DNA of 64,000 nt from an uncultured Methanoregulaceae archaeon. Its GTDB lineage: Archaea > Halobacteriota > Methanomicrobia > Methanomicrobiales > Methanospirillaceae. The position numbers and the translations under genes were made by a program. The notes under the pieces were generated by a model. The model did no database searches. It was not told the origin of the DNA and was given only the letters and a program-made list of their open reading frames with translations. Positions 33,245 through 43,897 of this stretch are shown here, piece by piece. The stretch spans positions 1,568,001-1,632,000 of the forward strand of contig OY970061.1 in NCBI GenBank assembly GCA_963705255.1. Direction: 5' to 3'. Numbering within the stretch: position 1 is the first letter of the stretch; every line of letters starts with the position of its first letter.

Positions 33245-33510
33245 GATCTGATCCGCTCTTGGGGACTGCGCCCCCACCACTCAGGTACAGCGAAGACCTT
33301 TCAGCGTCTTCTCGACACTGCCACAGTCTGCTGCGACAATGGCAGTATTCCCCCCATGGGGAGAGTGCAGTATTACCTGTCATATGGCTTATCAAGTGTC
33401 TTCTCCTATGGGGTATTAATCGGTGAGGCCCTGAAACCGCACTCAAGCCCGAAGGGTCTGGGCTCACAAATGCGGCAGGGGTGCTTGCCCACCCTGCCAC
33501 GCGGAGATGT
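33245..33510 (-). ncRNA. Candidate uncharacterised structured RNA (~265 nt)
   Basis: At least six hairpins, an internal closing helix and 5'/3' pairing; G-U pairs and UUCG/GAAA loops favour the minus strand; TATA-like box upstream and T-tract downstream; no convincing ORF. Confidence 0.55.
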
Positions 33511-33564
33511 TGAGAATTATCCTCCCCGAGGTTATCTGAAAATATTTAAAAAAAAAGAGTATTC

Positions 33565-35169
33565 TCAGATCAGTTCACTCGATATCTTGGCAAACGTTGC
33601 GGTGAAGATGCCGGGCATTCCGCGGATCTCCTCCATCACTGCTGCGGGGACCTCGCTGTCCACGTTCAGGACCATGATCGCCTGTTCGCCGGGGTTGATC
33701 CGCCCGACCTGCATGCCCGCGATGTTGATGTTGCACTTCCCGAGGATGGTCGAAGCCCTGCCGATGACCCCCGGCTTGTCGAGGTGGCGGGAGACGATGA
33801 CATACCCTTCTGGGATCATGTCCATGGTGTAGCCGCCGACCGCAACGATTCTGCTTCGGCCCTTGAAAAAGACGGTCCCGCTGACGGACTCGCCGCCCTT
33901 GTCGGTCTTGATCTTTATCGTGATCAGGTTCCTGAACCCTTTTGCCTCCTGCGTGACAGTCTCGCTGACCGCGATTCCCCGCTCCCGTGCGATGAACTCT
34001 GCGTTCACGATATTGACCGGCTCCTGGAGGATCGGGTCGAGGAGCCCCTTGAGGGCGAGCCGTGTTACGAACTTCATGCTGCCGGCATAGGCCGACAGGT
34101 CCCCGCCGTAGATGCACTCTACGGAAGAGAGGCGCCCGCCGGCAGTCTGGATGGCAAACCTGCCCATCTTCTCGGCAAGCTGGGCGTAGGGCTCGAGCAC
34201 TTCCGCCTGCTCCGGCGGGACCATGGGTGCATTGACGACATACTTCGCCGACCCGCCCCTGAGCACCTCGATGCACTGCTTTGCAACGGAGACTGCGACA
34301 TTCAGCTGTGCCTCGACCGTACTCGCACCAAGGTGTGGCGTGACGATGACCTGGTCGAGCGAGAGGAGCGGGGACTCGAGCGGGGGCTCCTCCTCGAAGA
34401 CATCGAGGGCTGCCCCGGCTACCTTGCCGCACTTGATAGCGTCATAGAGCGCCTTCTCGTCGATGATGCCGCCGCGGGCGCAGTTGATGATCCGGACGCC
34501 GTCTTTCATCGTGGCAATGCTCTTCGCGTTGATCACGTGCCGGGTCTCCGCGATCAGGGGAGTATGGACGGTGATGATGTCGGCGACTTTGAAGAGGTCT
34601 TCCATGGACATCATCTCGACGCCGAGCTGTGCCGCCCGCTCCTTCGTGATGAAGGGGTCGTAGGCCACGCACTTCATGTCCAGTGCGTTCGCCCGCTTTG
34701 CCACCTCGCGGCCGATACGCCCGAAACCGACGATGCCCAGCGTCTTTTCGTTGAGCTCCACGCCCATGAACTTCGAGCGCTTCCACTCCTTCTTCTTCAG
34801 GCTCGCGTTCGCCTGCGGGATGTTGCGGGCGAGCGCCTGCATCATCGCCATCGTGTGCTCGGTTGCCGCAAGGGTGTTGCCCTCCGGCGCGTTGGCAACG
34901 AGGATGCCTTTCCGCGTTGCCGCGTCCACGTCGATGTTGTCGACCCCGACACCCGCACGGCCGATGAACCTGAGATTTCTCCCCGCCTCTATCACTTTCG
35001 CGGTGACTTCCGTGCCGCTCCGCACGAGCAGGGCGTCGTAGTCCCCGAGGATCCTGCAGAGCTCGTCCTCGGAAAGGCCCGTCATGACATCAACGTCGCA
35101 CGCCGCCCTGAGGATCGCAAGCCCTTCTTCCGCCAGCGGGTCGCTGACGAGCACCTTTGCCTTTGCCAT
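33565..35169 (-). CDS. serA: D-3-phosphoglycerate dehydrogenase
   Basis: RAGVGVDNID, GFGRIG, NCARGG, TPHLGAST, C-terminal ACT domain (DKPGVIG). Confidence 0.96.
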   Translation of the reverse strand: MAKAKVLVSDPLAEEGLAILRAACDVDVMTGLSEDELCRILGDYDALLVRSGTEVTAKVIEAGRNLRFIGRAGVGVDNIDVDAATRKGILVANAPEGNTLAATEHTMAMMQALARNIPQANASLKKKEWKRSKFMGVELNEKTLGIVGFGRIGREVAKRANALDMKCVAYDPFITKERAAQLGVEMMSMEDLFKVADIITVHTPLIAETRHVINAKSIATMKDGVRIINCARGGIIDEKALYDAIKCGKVAGAALDVFEEEPPLESPLLSLDQVIVTPHLGASTVEAQLNVAVSVAKQCIEVLRGGSAKYVVNAPMVPPEQAEVLEPYAQLAEKMGRFAIQTAGGRLSSVECIYGGDLSAYAGSMKFVTRLALKGLLDPILQEPVNIVNAEFIARERGIAVSETVTQEAKGFRNLITIKIKTDKGGESVSGTVFFKGRSRIVAVGGYTMDMIPEGYVIVSRHLDKPGVIGRASTILGKCNINIAGMQVGRINPGEQAIMVLNVDSEVPAAVMEEIRGMPGIFTATFAKISSELI

Positions 35170-35341
35170 AAAAACCCATACAATATCAGCACAATACTTA
35201 AAGAGGGTTATTCTTCCCGTGCAGGTGCCCCCCCGGAATCCCGGAATATCCGCCCGTCCCTGCAGCTGTTCCGGACCCGGGGCGGGACAACACGATGATA
35301 GTTATTATACAGGTGAGGTTGACATTTACAGTGGTGCGAGC

Positions 35342-37624
35342 ATGAAAGATGTGCCTAATATTCTGTGGCTCGAGGAGATACGGAAGGAAGACATCATCTC
35401 GGTAGGGGGCAAAGGGGCTTCCCTTGGAGAGATGGCGTCGATCGGTCTTCCCGTCCCGAAAGCCTTCGTGGTCACTGCCCAGGCCTTCCGCAGGTTCCTT
35501 GTCGAGACCGGCCTTGAAGCGAAGATCTTTGCGTCCTATAACAAGCTCGATGTCGAAGATAACGAGGCCCTCGAGAAAGCGGCCGAAGGTGCGAAGGCCA
35601 TGGTGCTGAAGGCGAAGATGCCTGCGGCGATCCGCGACGAGATCAAGAAGGCCTACAAAAAGATCTCTCCCGACGACCTCATCGTAGCGGTCCGGTCGAG
35701 CGCCACGGCAGAAGACCTGCCGGACGCAAGTTTTGCCGGCCAGCAGGAGACCTATCTCAATATCAGGGGAGAGGCAGCACTCCTGACAGCAGTCCAGAAG
35801 TGCTGGGCGTCCCTGTACGGTGCCCGGGCGATCTATTACCGGGCCAAGCAGGGGTTCGACGACCATACCGTGAACATCGCCGTGGTCGTCCAGCAGCTGG
35901 TCCATTCCGAGAAAGCCGGCGTCATGTTCACGTCCCACCCCATCACGGGAGAGCCGAAGACCATTATCGAGGGCTCATGGGGGCTTGGCGAAGCCGTTGT
36001 TTCCGGCACGGTCTCGCCCGACAACTATGTTTTTGACCAGCGGGCCGAGAAAGTCGTCGACCATTTCATTGCCAACAAGAAAGTCGAGATCATCGCGGAT
36101 GGCGATAACGGGACAAAAGTCGTGGATATTGCAGGAGCCCGCCAGGACGCACAGGTTCTCTCGGACGAGGAAGTGACCAAGCTCGCGATGTACGGCAAGA
36201 TTGCCGAGGACCATTACGGTATCCCCCAGGACGTGGAATGGGGTATCGTCGACAAAACTATCTATATTCTCCAGTCCCGCCCGATCACCACGATCGGGAA
36301 GAAGGAGGCAAAGGGCATGCCAGGGCAGACATCAAGCGGAAAGATCATCCTGAAAGGGCAGGGGGCTGCGCCCGGTATCGCCTCCGGAAAGGTCGTCATC
36401 ATCAGGGACGTCAAGGACACCGGGAGCGTAAAGGAAGGGGACATCCTCGTCACCCGCATGACCAACCCGGACATGGTGCCGGCAATGCGGAAAGTCGCGG
36501 CGATCGTGACGGACGAGGGCGGGATGACCTGCCATGCGGCGATCGTGAGCCGGGAACTGGGCACCCCGGCGGTCGTGGGCACGAAGACGGCGACCAGTGT
36601 GCTGAAAAACGGGCAGCTGATCACGGTTGACGGGGAGATGGGGCTGATCTACGACGGCGTGATAGCCCACGCGGCACCCGCACAGGCGGCAGCCGCACAG
36701 GGCGTGGCTGGGCATGCTCCGATCATCACCGCGACGAGCGTGAAAGTGAACGTCTCCATCCCCGAAGCGGCTCAGCGGGCGGCTGCGACCGGCGCGGACG
36801 GCGTCGGGCTGCTCCGGATCGAGCACCTGATCCTCGGGCTCAACAAGACCCCGGGCTGGTTCATCGCGAACAAGAAGGAAGAGGATTTTGTCCTTGAGCT
36901 CCACGACGGGATCAAGACCGTGCTCGACGCGTTCCCCGGAAAACCCGTCTGGGTGCGGACGCTCGATGCCCCCACCGACGAGTTCCGGAACATGATAGGC
37001 GGCGAGAACGAGCCCCACGAGCACAACCCGATGCTCGGCTGGCGGGGGATCCGGCGCGACCTCCAGAGCCCCGACCAGTTCCGGCTCCAGGTGGAGTCCT
37101 TCAAGCGCCTCTGGAAGGAGGGGTACGAGAACCTCGGCATCATGTTCCCCATGGTCTCCCACCCCGACCAGTTCATCCGGGCAAAGGAGATGATGCGGGA
37201 GGCCGGCGTGGATGTCGAGAAGATCACGCTCGGCATTATGATCGAGATCCCGTCGAGCGCCATCATGATCGAGGACTTCCTCAGGGCCGGCATAAAATTC
37301 GCCTCGTTTGGCACAAACGACCTCATCCAGTACACGCTCGCTATCGACCGGAACAATGAGAACGTTGCGGACATGTACCAGCCCCAGCACCCGGCGGTGC
37401 TTAGCCTGATCCACAGCGCGATCCAGATGTGCCGGGCTTACGACGTCGAGTGCTCGATCTGCGGGCAGGCGGGTTCCGACCCGAAGATGGCAGTCTGGCT
37501 GGTGGAACACGGGATCTCCAGCATCTCGGCAAACATCGACGCGATCGCCAAGATCCGCGAGGCGGTCGCCCGGACGGAAAAACGCATCGTCCTGGAAGCC
37601 GCGAGAACAAAAGATGCTGACTAA
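35342..37624 (+). CDS. ppsA: Phosphoenolpyruvate synthase
   Basis: GGKGASLGEM, VRSSATAED, GGMTCHAAIVSRELG, GTNDLIQY, CGQAGS. Confidence 0.96.
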   Translation: MKDVPNILWLEEIRKEDIISVGGKGASLGEMASIGLPVPKAFVVTAQAFRRFLVETGLEAKIFASYNKLDVEDNEALEKAAEGAKAMVLKAKMPAAIRDEIKKAYKKISPDDLIVAVRSSATAEDLPDASFAGQQETYLNIRGEAALLTAVQKCWASLYGARAIYYRAKQGFDDHTVNIAVVVQQLVHSEKAGVMFTSHPITGEPKTIIEGSWGLGEAVVSGTVSPDNYVFDQRAEKVVDHFIANKKVEIIADGDNGTKVVDIAGARQDAQVLSDEEVTKLAMYGKIAEDHYGIPQDVEWGIVDKTIYILQSRPITTIGKKEAKGMPGQTSSGKIILKGQGAAPGIASGKVVIIRDVKDTGSVKEGDILVTRMTNPDMVPAMRKVAAIVTDEGGMTCHAAIVSRELGTPAVVGTKTATSVLKNGQLITVDGEMGLIYDGVIAHAAPAQAAAAQGVAGHAPIITATSVKVNVSIPEAAQRAAATGADGVGLLRIEHLILGLNKTPGWFIANKKEEDFVLELHDGIKTVLDAFPGKPVWVRTLDAPTDEFRNMIGGENEPHEHNPMLGWRGIRRDLQSPDQFRLQVESFKRLWKEGYENLGIMFPMVSHPDQFIRAKEMMREAGVDVEKITLGIMIEIPSSAIMIEDFLRAGIKFASFGTNDLIQYTLAIDRNNENVADMYQPQHPAVLSLIHSAIQMCRAYDVECSICGQAGSDPKMAVWLVEHGISSISANIDAIAKIREAVARTEKRIVLEAARTKDAD

Positions 37625-38720
37625 GGGTTGTTCTGAAGAAGAACTTTTCTCATTTCTCTCCCGGAAAAAGCGGGAGGACATCGACCATTCGTTTATCCTG
37701 AGCTCCATGTGCACGCTCCCCCACCCGGTTGCGGTCCAGGCACACTGCATGTTCATGGAGGCCAACCTCGGCGACCCCGGGCTCTTTCCCGGAACCCGAT
37801 CGATCGAACAGCTCCTCATCAGCAGGCTGGCGACCCTCTTCCACGGCCCGGATGCGGGAGGCTACGCTACGAGCGGCGGAACCGAGTCCAATATCCAGGC
37901 CCTCCGGCTTGCAAAGGCACTGAAGCCCGGGGTACCATCGCCGAACGTGATCGTTCCCGAATCTGCCCATTTCTCATTCAAGAAGGCCTGCGACATCCTC
38001 GGCCTCGGGATGAGGAGAGTGCCACTGGGGAGGGACTTCCGCATGGACGCCGATGCCGCGGCAGAATCGATCGATGCCGGTACCATTGCCCTCGTCGGGG
38101 TCGCCGGCACGACGGAGTACGGGATGGTCGACCCCATCGAAGACCTCGCACGGATCGCCGGGCAGCACGACCTCTTCTTCCATGTCGATGCGGCTTTTGG
38201 CGGCATGGTGGTCCCGTTTCTTGACCGCCCGATCCCCTTCGACTTCGCCCTCCCGGGGGTGACGACGATTGCCGTCGACCCCCACAAGATGGGCATGAGC
38301 ACGATCCCGGCGGGCTGCCTGCTCACGCGGGACCCGGACCTGCTCCATGTCCTGGACATCGATACCCCGTACCTGACGGTAAAGCAGGAATTTACGCTTG
38401 GCGGCACCCGCCCCGGTGCACCGGTGGCCGCTGCACTCGCCGTGCTCGATTACCTCGGGGTCGAGGGCATGAAGGCGGTCGTGGCGGGGTGCATGAAGAA
38501 TACGGAACGGCTCATCGCGGGCATGGAGACATTTGGTATCCAGCGTGCAGTTACGCCGGATGCCAACGTGGCTACGTTCGTTTGCGAAAAGGAACGCGTC
38601 CCCGGGCCATGGAAAGTTTCGTGGACCTGCCGGAAGCACCTGCGGATCGTCTGCATGCCGCACGTGCACCGGGACCGCATCGAGGCATTTTTAAAAGATA
38701 TTGGTGAACAGCATGCTTGA
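37614..38720 (+). CDS. mfnA: L-tyrosine/L-aspartate decarboxylase
   Basis: ILSSMCT, NLGDPGLFPG, SGGTESN, HVDAAFGG, DPHKMG. Confidence 0.93.
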   Translation: MLTKGCSEEELFSFLSRKKREDIDHSFILSSMCTLPHPVAVQAHCMFMEANLGDPGLFPGTRSIEQLLISRLATLFHGPDAGGYATSGGTESNIQALRLAKALKPGVPSPNVIVPESAHFSFKKACDILGLGMRRVPLGRDFRMDADAAAESIDAGTIALVGVAGTTEYGMVDPIEDLARIAGQHDLFFHVDAAFGGMVVPFLDRPIPFDFALPGVTTIAVDPHKMGMSTIPAGCLLTRDPDLLHVLDIDTPYLTVKQEFTLGGTRPGAPVAAALAVLDYLGVEGMKAVVAGCMKNTERLIAGMETFGIQRAVTPDANVATFVCEKERVPGPWKVSWTCRKHLRIVCMPHVHRDRIEAFLKDIGEQHA

Positions 38721-39261
38721 CAGACTCGTAGAATCCCTTGAAACCTGCCCCATGGTGAAACGCGGGGAGTACAACTATTTCATCCACCCGATCACGGACG
38801 GTGTACCGGTTGTGGAACCCGCACTCCTCCGCGACGTGTGCAGCGCCATGATAAAAGTGCTCGACCTGAACGGCGTGGACAAGATCGTGGTCGTCGAGGC
38901 GATGGGCATCCATATCGGCGCGGTTCTCTCGACTATGACCGACATCCCAATGACGATCATGCGCAAGAGGGTGTACAACCTGCCCCACGAGGTCCCCGTC
39001 CACCAGACCACCGGCTACTCGAAAGGCGAACTCTACCTGAACGGCGTGTACAGGGGCGACCGTGTCGTCATCATCGACGACGTGGTGAGCACCGGCGGGA
39101 CGATGAGGGCACTCCTCAAGGCCCTGGAGATCGCCGGGGCCGAGGTCGTGGATGTCTGTATCGCGATCCAGAGGGGGGACCCGGATATCGGGCGCCCGTA
39201 CAAGTCACTGGTCACGATCGAAGTGACGGAAAAGGTGCGTGTGGTTGAGCGGCACCTCTGA
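38713..39261 (+). CDS. hpt: Hypoxanthine/guanine phosphoribosyltransferase
   Basis: YNYFIHPITDG, EAMGI, TGYSKG, IIDDVVSTGGT. Confidence 0.9.
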   Translation: MLDRLVESLETCPMVKRGEYNYFIHPITDGVPVVEPALLRDVCSAMIKVLDLNGVDKIVVVEAMGIHIGAVLSTMTDIPMTIMRKRVYNLPHEVPVHQTTGYSKGELYLNGVYRGDRVVIIDDVVSTGGTMRALLKALEIAGAEVVDVCIAIQRGDPDIGRPYKSLVTIEVTEKVRVVERHL

Positions 39262-40186
39262 TCTCATCAAGCTTCTGAACCAGCGGGGGGCAAAGAGGGT
39301 CGCCCTCCAGTTCCCGGAAGGATTGAAACGCCGTGGAGCTGACTGTGCCCGCCTGCTCCGGGAGGCCGGCTTTGAAGTTGTTGTGAGCGGTGACCCCTGC
39401 TACGGGGCCTGCGACCTGGCACTCGGGACACTCGGGTATGCCGACGTGCTGGTCCATTTCGGGCACACGCCGGTCGATGACCGGCCGCAGGTCATTTTCG
39501 AACCATATGAGATCGGTTTTGACTGTGCAGTCCTGGAGAATGCTCTCCCGCTCCTTTCCGGGAGACCGACCGGGCTCGTCACCACGGTACAGCACACCCG
39601 CCTCATCCCTGCCATGGAAGAATTCCTGCGGGGCAAAGGGATTGAAGTGCGGGTCGGCGGTGGCAGTGGGCGGACTCCCTGCAGGGGCCAGGTCCTCGGC
39701 TGCTCCTTTGCGGCAGCCAGAATCGAGGGCGTGGACCAGGTCCTTTTCGTCGGTACCGGGCTCTTTCACCCGGTCGGCATCGCCATCTCGACCGGAGCCC
39801 GGGTGATCGCCCTCGACCCGCTCACCGGGGCGGCACAGGAAGTAAACGGCGACGCTCTCCTGCGCCGCCGTTTCGCCGTAATGGAGAAGGCGAGGGGGGC
39901 AACGAGCGTGGGCATCATCGTCAGCTCCAAGAGCGGGCAGCAGCGGATGGACCTTGCCCGCCGGCTCGTCCCGCTCCACCCCGGCGCGGTCATTGTCCTG
40001 ATGCAGGAGGTCAGCCCCGCCGAGCTGCTCAACCTCGGGTTTGCCTGTTACGTGAACACGGCCTGCCCCCGTCTCGCGTACGACGACCAGGTGCGGTTCC
40101 CGGTTCCCGTCCTCTCCCCGCAGGAGTTCGAGATCCTCTGCGGTACAAGGACCTGGGAAGAGTACGTGATCGACGAGATCCTATGA
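39239..40186 (+). CDS. dph2: Diphthamide biosynthesis protein Dph2
   Basis: LQFPEGL, PCYGACD, VHFGH, GQVLGC, NTACPR. Confidence 0.93.
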   Translation: MWLSGTSDLIKLLNQRGAKRVALQFPEGLKRRGADCARLLREAGFEVVVSGDPCYGACDLALGTLGYADVLVHFGHTPVDDRPQVIFEPYEIGFDCAVLENALPLLSGRPTGLVTTVQHTRLIPAMEEFLRGKGIEVRVGGGSGRTPCRGQVLGCSFAAARIEGVDQVLFVGTGLFHPVGIAISTGARVIALDPLTGAAQEVNGDALLRRRFAVMEKARGATSVGIIVSSKSGQQRMDLARRLVPLHPGAVIVLMQEVSPAELLNLGFACYVNTACPRLAYDDQVRFPVPVLSPQEFEILCGTRTWEEYVIDEIL

Positions 40187-40800
40187 AACTCAGGCGCCTC
40201 GAGATGGAGCTCCAGCGCCTTGCGGGATTTACGCGCCCGCGTGCTGCCCTCGAACAGTACCAGACACCCGCCCCGCTTGCGGCACGGCTGCTGTACCACG
40301 CCCTCATGAAAGGGGACATCGGAGGAAAGAGGGTCTGCGACCTCGGGAGCGGTACCGGCATCCTGGCAATCGGCGCCGCACTTCTCGGCGCTGCGTCGGT
40401 CACCGGTATCGAGGCCGACGCGAAAGCGGTGGAGGTGGCGTACGAGAACGCAGCCCTTCTCCAGGAGGCTGACGCCGGGTTTATCGTTGCCGACGTGAAA
40501 GACCCTTCGCTCTCTTCCCGGGCGGGAACATTCGATACCGTGGTCATGAACCCGCCGTTCGGGGCACAGAAGGAACACGCCGACCGCCCGTTCATCGACC
40601 TCGCCCTCGTCCTCGCACCGGTAACCTACGGCATCTTCAATGCGGGATCTGCCCCGTTTGTCAGGACCTACACGGAAGGACGTGGCGAGATCACCGAGAC
40701 GGTTGGCGGCACATTCCCCATAAAAAGAACATTCACCTTCCACACAAAAGACGTGCAGGAGATCGAGGTCGAGATCCTGCGTCTGATACGAAAACAATAG
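40183..40800 (+). CDS. METTL5-family N6-adenine RNA methyltransferase
   Basis: LEQYQTP, DLGSGTG, VMNPPFG. Confidence 0.9.
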   Translation: MKLRRLEMELQRLAGFTRPRAALEQYQTPAPLAARLLYHALMKGDIGGKRVCDLGSGTGILAIGAALLGAASVTGIEADAKAVEVAYENAALLQEADAGFIVADVKDPSLSSRAGTFDTVVMNPPFGAQKEHADRPFIDLALVLAPVTYGIFNAGSAPFVRTYTEGRGEITETVGGTFPIKRTFTFHTKDVQEIEVEILRLIRKQ

Positions 40801-41261
40801 CCCGGCCCCGCAGCACCAGGAATATGGTTGCCAGGCTTGCGACCGGGTTCAGCGGATATACCGGCGCACCGGATATAGTTGCTCTGTAGAAAACCTATTT
40901 TATCGTGTGATTCGCTTATATTCTTTGACGGTTATGAGCGTGACCCCCTCTCTCAGGTCGAAGAATTCGTCAGAATTCTTCGAACAGCAGTCTCCTCCAA
41001 GAGCGTCAATTATGAAAACCGATGATTTCTCCAGAGCAGATATATTTTACCAGATAAACCAGGAAATGAAAGCACAGGGCCCGTATCAGCTCCGGACAGG
41101 TGGAACGAGAGGGAGAGGCAGTTTCTGCACGGTGCTGCCGGTTGAAACGTCCGATGATTCTTTCCGGTTCGGGGAAAACGCCCGTTTCACAGTGTGGATG
41201 GCTCCCGGATGAGAACAATACGCTTATATCAGCGGATAAAAAAATACTATCCGGGTATGTT

Positions 41262-41441
41262 ATGGATAAGACAGGAATTATCTCTCTGATCCTCGGGCTG
41301 GTATTATGCGCCCTTGGAGGTTATGCGATCTGGGTATTCCTTCCGGAAGTGGTTGTTGCGGTAGAAGACCTCATCGGCATCGTTGTTCTCTTGGCCGGCC
41401 TGTTGCTGGTTATCTTCGGTATCCTGATCTTCAAAGATTGA
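41262..41441 (+). CDS. Small membrane protein (2 TM)
   Basis: 59-aa hydrophobic ORF followed by T-tracts. Confidence 0.6.
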   Translation: MDKTGIISLILGLVLCALGGYAIWVFLPEVVVAVEDLIGIVVLLAGLLLVIFGILIFKD

Positions 41442-41479
41442 AAATTTTAAAAAACACCTGAATTTTTTTTATCCTCTTT

Positions 41480-42223
41480 TTATACTTTGACCACGAGGCA
41501 CTGCGAACCGGCGGTTTCCAGGACCGGTTCTGCCTTTGCCTCAAAAAAGTCATCGAATGCCTTTTTTACCCCCGGTGCCGTGATATAGTCGTGGGAGATG
41601 ATGATGCCCCCCGGGCTCATGCGGGAATAGAAAAATTCCAGGCACTGCTTCGTGCTCTCATAGCAGTCCACATCGAGGTTCACCATCGAGAATGACTTTT
41701 CCCTGACCGGGTCCGAGGTATGGGGGAAGATCCCCTTGTAGAAATAGACCCCGCCGGCGTCCTTCAGGTAATCCCTGACATGGTCGTACGAGGCAGCGAA
41801 CTTCCCTTCGTAAAAGGGCCAGACCATGTCGATGTCATCCACATTCGGGAGCCCTTCGAACGTGTCGAACAGATGGAGAGGTTTGTCACCCTTGGCAGAG
41901 CAGATGATCTTCGCTGAACCGCCTTTGTATACCCCTACTTCGGCGATATCGCCCGGCACCTTCCGGGTCCGTTTTACTGCCATGAAGATATGGTACGCCT
42001 CGATGTCCTCGAGGAGGAGTTCGGTCTCCGATCGGATCTTCCGGAGATCCCTCGCGAACTCCTTCCGCTCATCGCATCCATAGTGGGAGAGCCGGCCCCT
42101 TGTCGCGATATCATTGCCGATGAACGGCTCAAAAACAGCGATCTTCCTGAATTTGAGAAGATATTTGCTGGGGACAACGGTATCAAAAACCCAGAACAAA
42201 TTCTTTTTCGGGAACAGACTCAT
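41480..42223 (-). CDS. TylF/MycF/NovP-family O-methyltransferase
   Basis: GDIAEVGVYKGGS, FDTFEG, LDVDCYEST, HDY. Confidence 0.88.
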   Translation of the reverse strand: MSLFPKKNLFWVFDTVVPSKYLLKFRKIAVFEPFIGNDIATRGRLSHYGCDERKEFARDLRKIRSETELLLEDIEAYHIFMAVKRTRKVPGDIAEVGVYKGGSAKIICSAKGDKPLHLFDTFEGLPNVDDIDMVWPFYEGKFAASYDHVRDYLKDAGGVYFYKGIFPHTSDPVREKSFSMVNLDVDCYESTKQCLEFFYSRMSPGGIIISHDYITAPGVKKAFDDFFEAKAEPVLETAGSQCLVVKV

Positions 42224-42365
42224 GCCTTAAACCATGCGTTCTCATAAAATTTATAGTGTCTTGTCCGAAGCCGGAAACTCCCCCGGAACGCGGGTCCGCA
42301 TAAGAAAGCAGCAATCCTGAAAAAACTGTCACAGCCGACCCAGTTTTTCCGGCGCCCGCGGCACC

Positions 42366-42797
42366 CTACTCCGGGGATTCCCCGGCTGCATCCAGTTCGT
42401 CAAGGAACGGCATCAGTCCGGTGACAAAAGGTACGGTTTTGGCGCCGGGTCCCTGGTGATATTCACCGAACGAGACGATCTCGACCATGAGCGGGAACTC
42501 GCGCATGGTCTGCGCAAACGAAGGATCGTTCTCCCGTGTGAACCTGAGGAATGCATCGATGGTAATATAGGGCCGTTCGTACTCGGAGACATCCCGGAAC
42601 ATTTCCACAATCTCCCCGATCGTGTGGGAGTGCGCGAGATCTTTTTCAAAAAAAAGAAAAACATCGATACCATATCTCCCGGCGGTCTCGTCCAGAGCGA
42701 GGATATCAAAAGTCCTGCCGGTCCCAATCCCCAGCGATTCAAGTTTTTCCCGGACGGTTGTGCCGCACAATGCCGCCCATGCAGCAGAATTATTCAT
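42366..42797 (-). CDS. Hypothetical protein
   Basis: 143-aa ORF from ATG 42797 with native codon usage. Confidence 0.65.
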   Translation of the reverse strand: MNNSAAWAALCGTTVREKLESLGIGTGRTFDILALDETAGRYGIDVFLFFEKDLAHSHTIGEIVEMFRDVSEYERPYITIDAFLRFTRENDPSFAQTMREFPLMVEIVSFGEYHQGPGAKTVPFVTGLMPFLDELDAAGESPE

Positions 42798-43134
42798 AGA
42801 AGATAAGGGGCGTGTATTTTTGTAAATATATGGTTTGGGGACCGCTGGTTGCCGGAGGATTTGTGAACACGATGCCCTGTCCTGAAAGGGATCCGGCGGG
42901 TACATCCAGCCGGATACCTGAAGCGGAGAGCACCGCGGTCTCCTGCTTGCACCATGTTGTGACCGGAAGTTTCTTCAGAAGCAATTCCCTGACGAGGTCC
43001 GGGGCAGGGTTGCCCCGGGAGACTCAGATACTACGGACTATCCCGGAAAAAAAGATGACAGTTATCCGGTTCTGGTGACGCCGCGTGCCAGGAACCACAA
43101 CCCGAGCGCTATCAGGAAAACAGCGGCAAAATAC

Positions 43135-43218
43135 GGCCAGAGATTTGCCGGGCCCGGCCTGTTTCGGGACAAAGGCATTTTGGATGAGTTCCCTGCTGAA
43201 TGCCGCGGGGACACCGAG
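43135..43218 (-). pseudogene. Orphan copy of the 3' end of the DUF6159-like gene
   Basis: Translates VPAAFSRELIQNAFVPKQAGPGK versus VPSAFNPDLIKNAFAPKQAGPGN at 44266-44340. Confidence 0.75.
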
Positions 43219-43339
43219 CTCAGATAACCAACAAATTGCCAATAGAATGTACTGGATTTTTTCCATGGGGTCTGGATTATATCAGATATACATCCCAAAA
43301 AAGAATATACATATGTATAGGCAATATTTTTTAATAAAA

Positions 43340-43897
43340 TTAGGAATTTTTTAATATTTCTGATTCATACTCCAGTTTCAATGAATTATAACGTGCCTCA
43401 TCGAGTCGCCCCATTTTATATTCATCAGTAATTTTTCTAATAGATTGGCGGATTTCATCATTCTTCTTAAATTTTACGAGACGTTCTTCGATTATAGCTT
43501 TGATCATCATCGGATTCGCTACACCTCTCATCATCTCAGTTCCAGTTGCAGTTCCCGGGGTAGCTATAAGCACATTACCAAAATTAAGGATTCTGCCAAA
43601 AAAATCTTGAACTAATGACGTATTGGTAACCCATTCCATCTTGATATCGTTCATTACTCGGGAAATTAATCCATATTTCACAAAAATTCGTTTATTAGAG
43701 ACGAAATATTCAGATGTTGCAACATTTATCCATGCGATAACGATGAAAATAATCGCTATTGGTATCCCCAAAATTGTTATAGCAAATATAACCGCACATA
43801 ACAACCAGACCCAATTAGCAGCCCAACTCATCTGACCGAACCAAAATGGTGTTTCTCCTTCAGTCATGCTTATTTCAGTAGGTATACGAATTGCCAT
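43340..43897 (-). CDS. Bacterial PH-domain (bPH_2) membrane protein, low GC
   Basis: Two TM helices, then EYFVSNKRI..KYGLI..., QDFFGRILNFGNV; SHOCT-like C-terminus. Confidence 0.8.
   Translation of the reverse strand: MAIRIPTEISMTEGETPFWFGQMSWAANWVWLLCAVIFAITILGIPIAIIFIVIAWINVATSEYFVSNKRIFVKYGLISRVMNDIKMEWVTNTSLVQDFFGRILNFGNVLIATPGTATGTEMMRGVANPMMIKAIIEERLVKFKKNDEIRQSIRKITDEYKMGRLDEARYNSLKLEYESEILKNS

Noticed and set aside
33245-33510. RNase P RNA or SRP (7S) RNA
   Set aside because: No GAGGAAAGUCC / ACAGAA..GGCUUA pair and no SRP helix-8 CAGG..GGAA..AGCA motif on either strand
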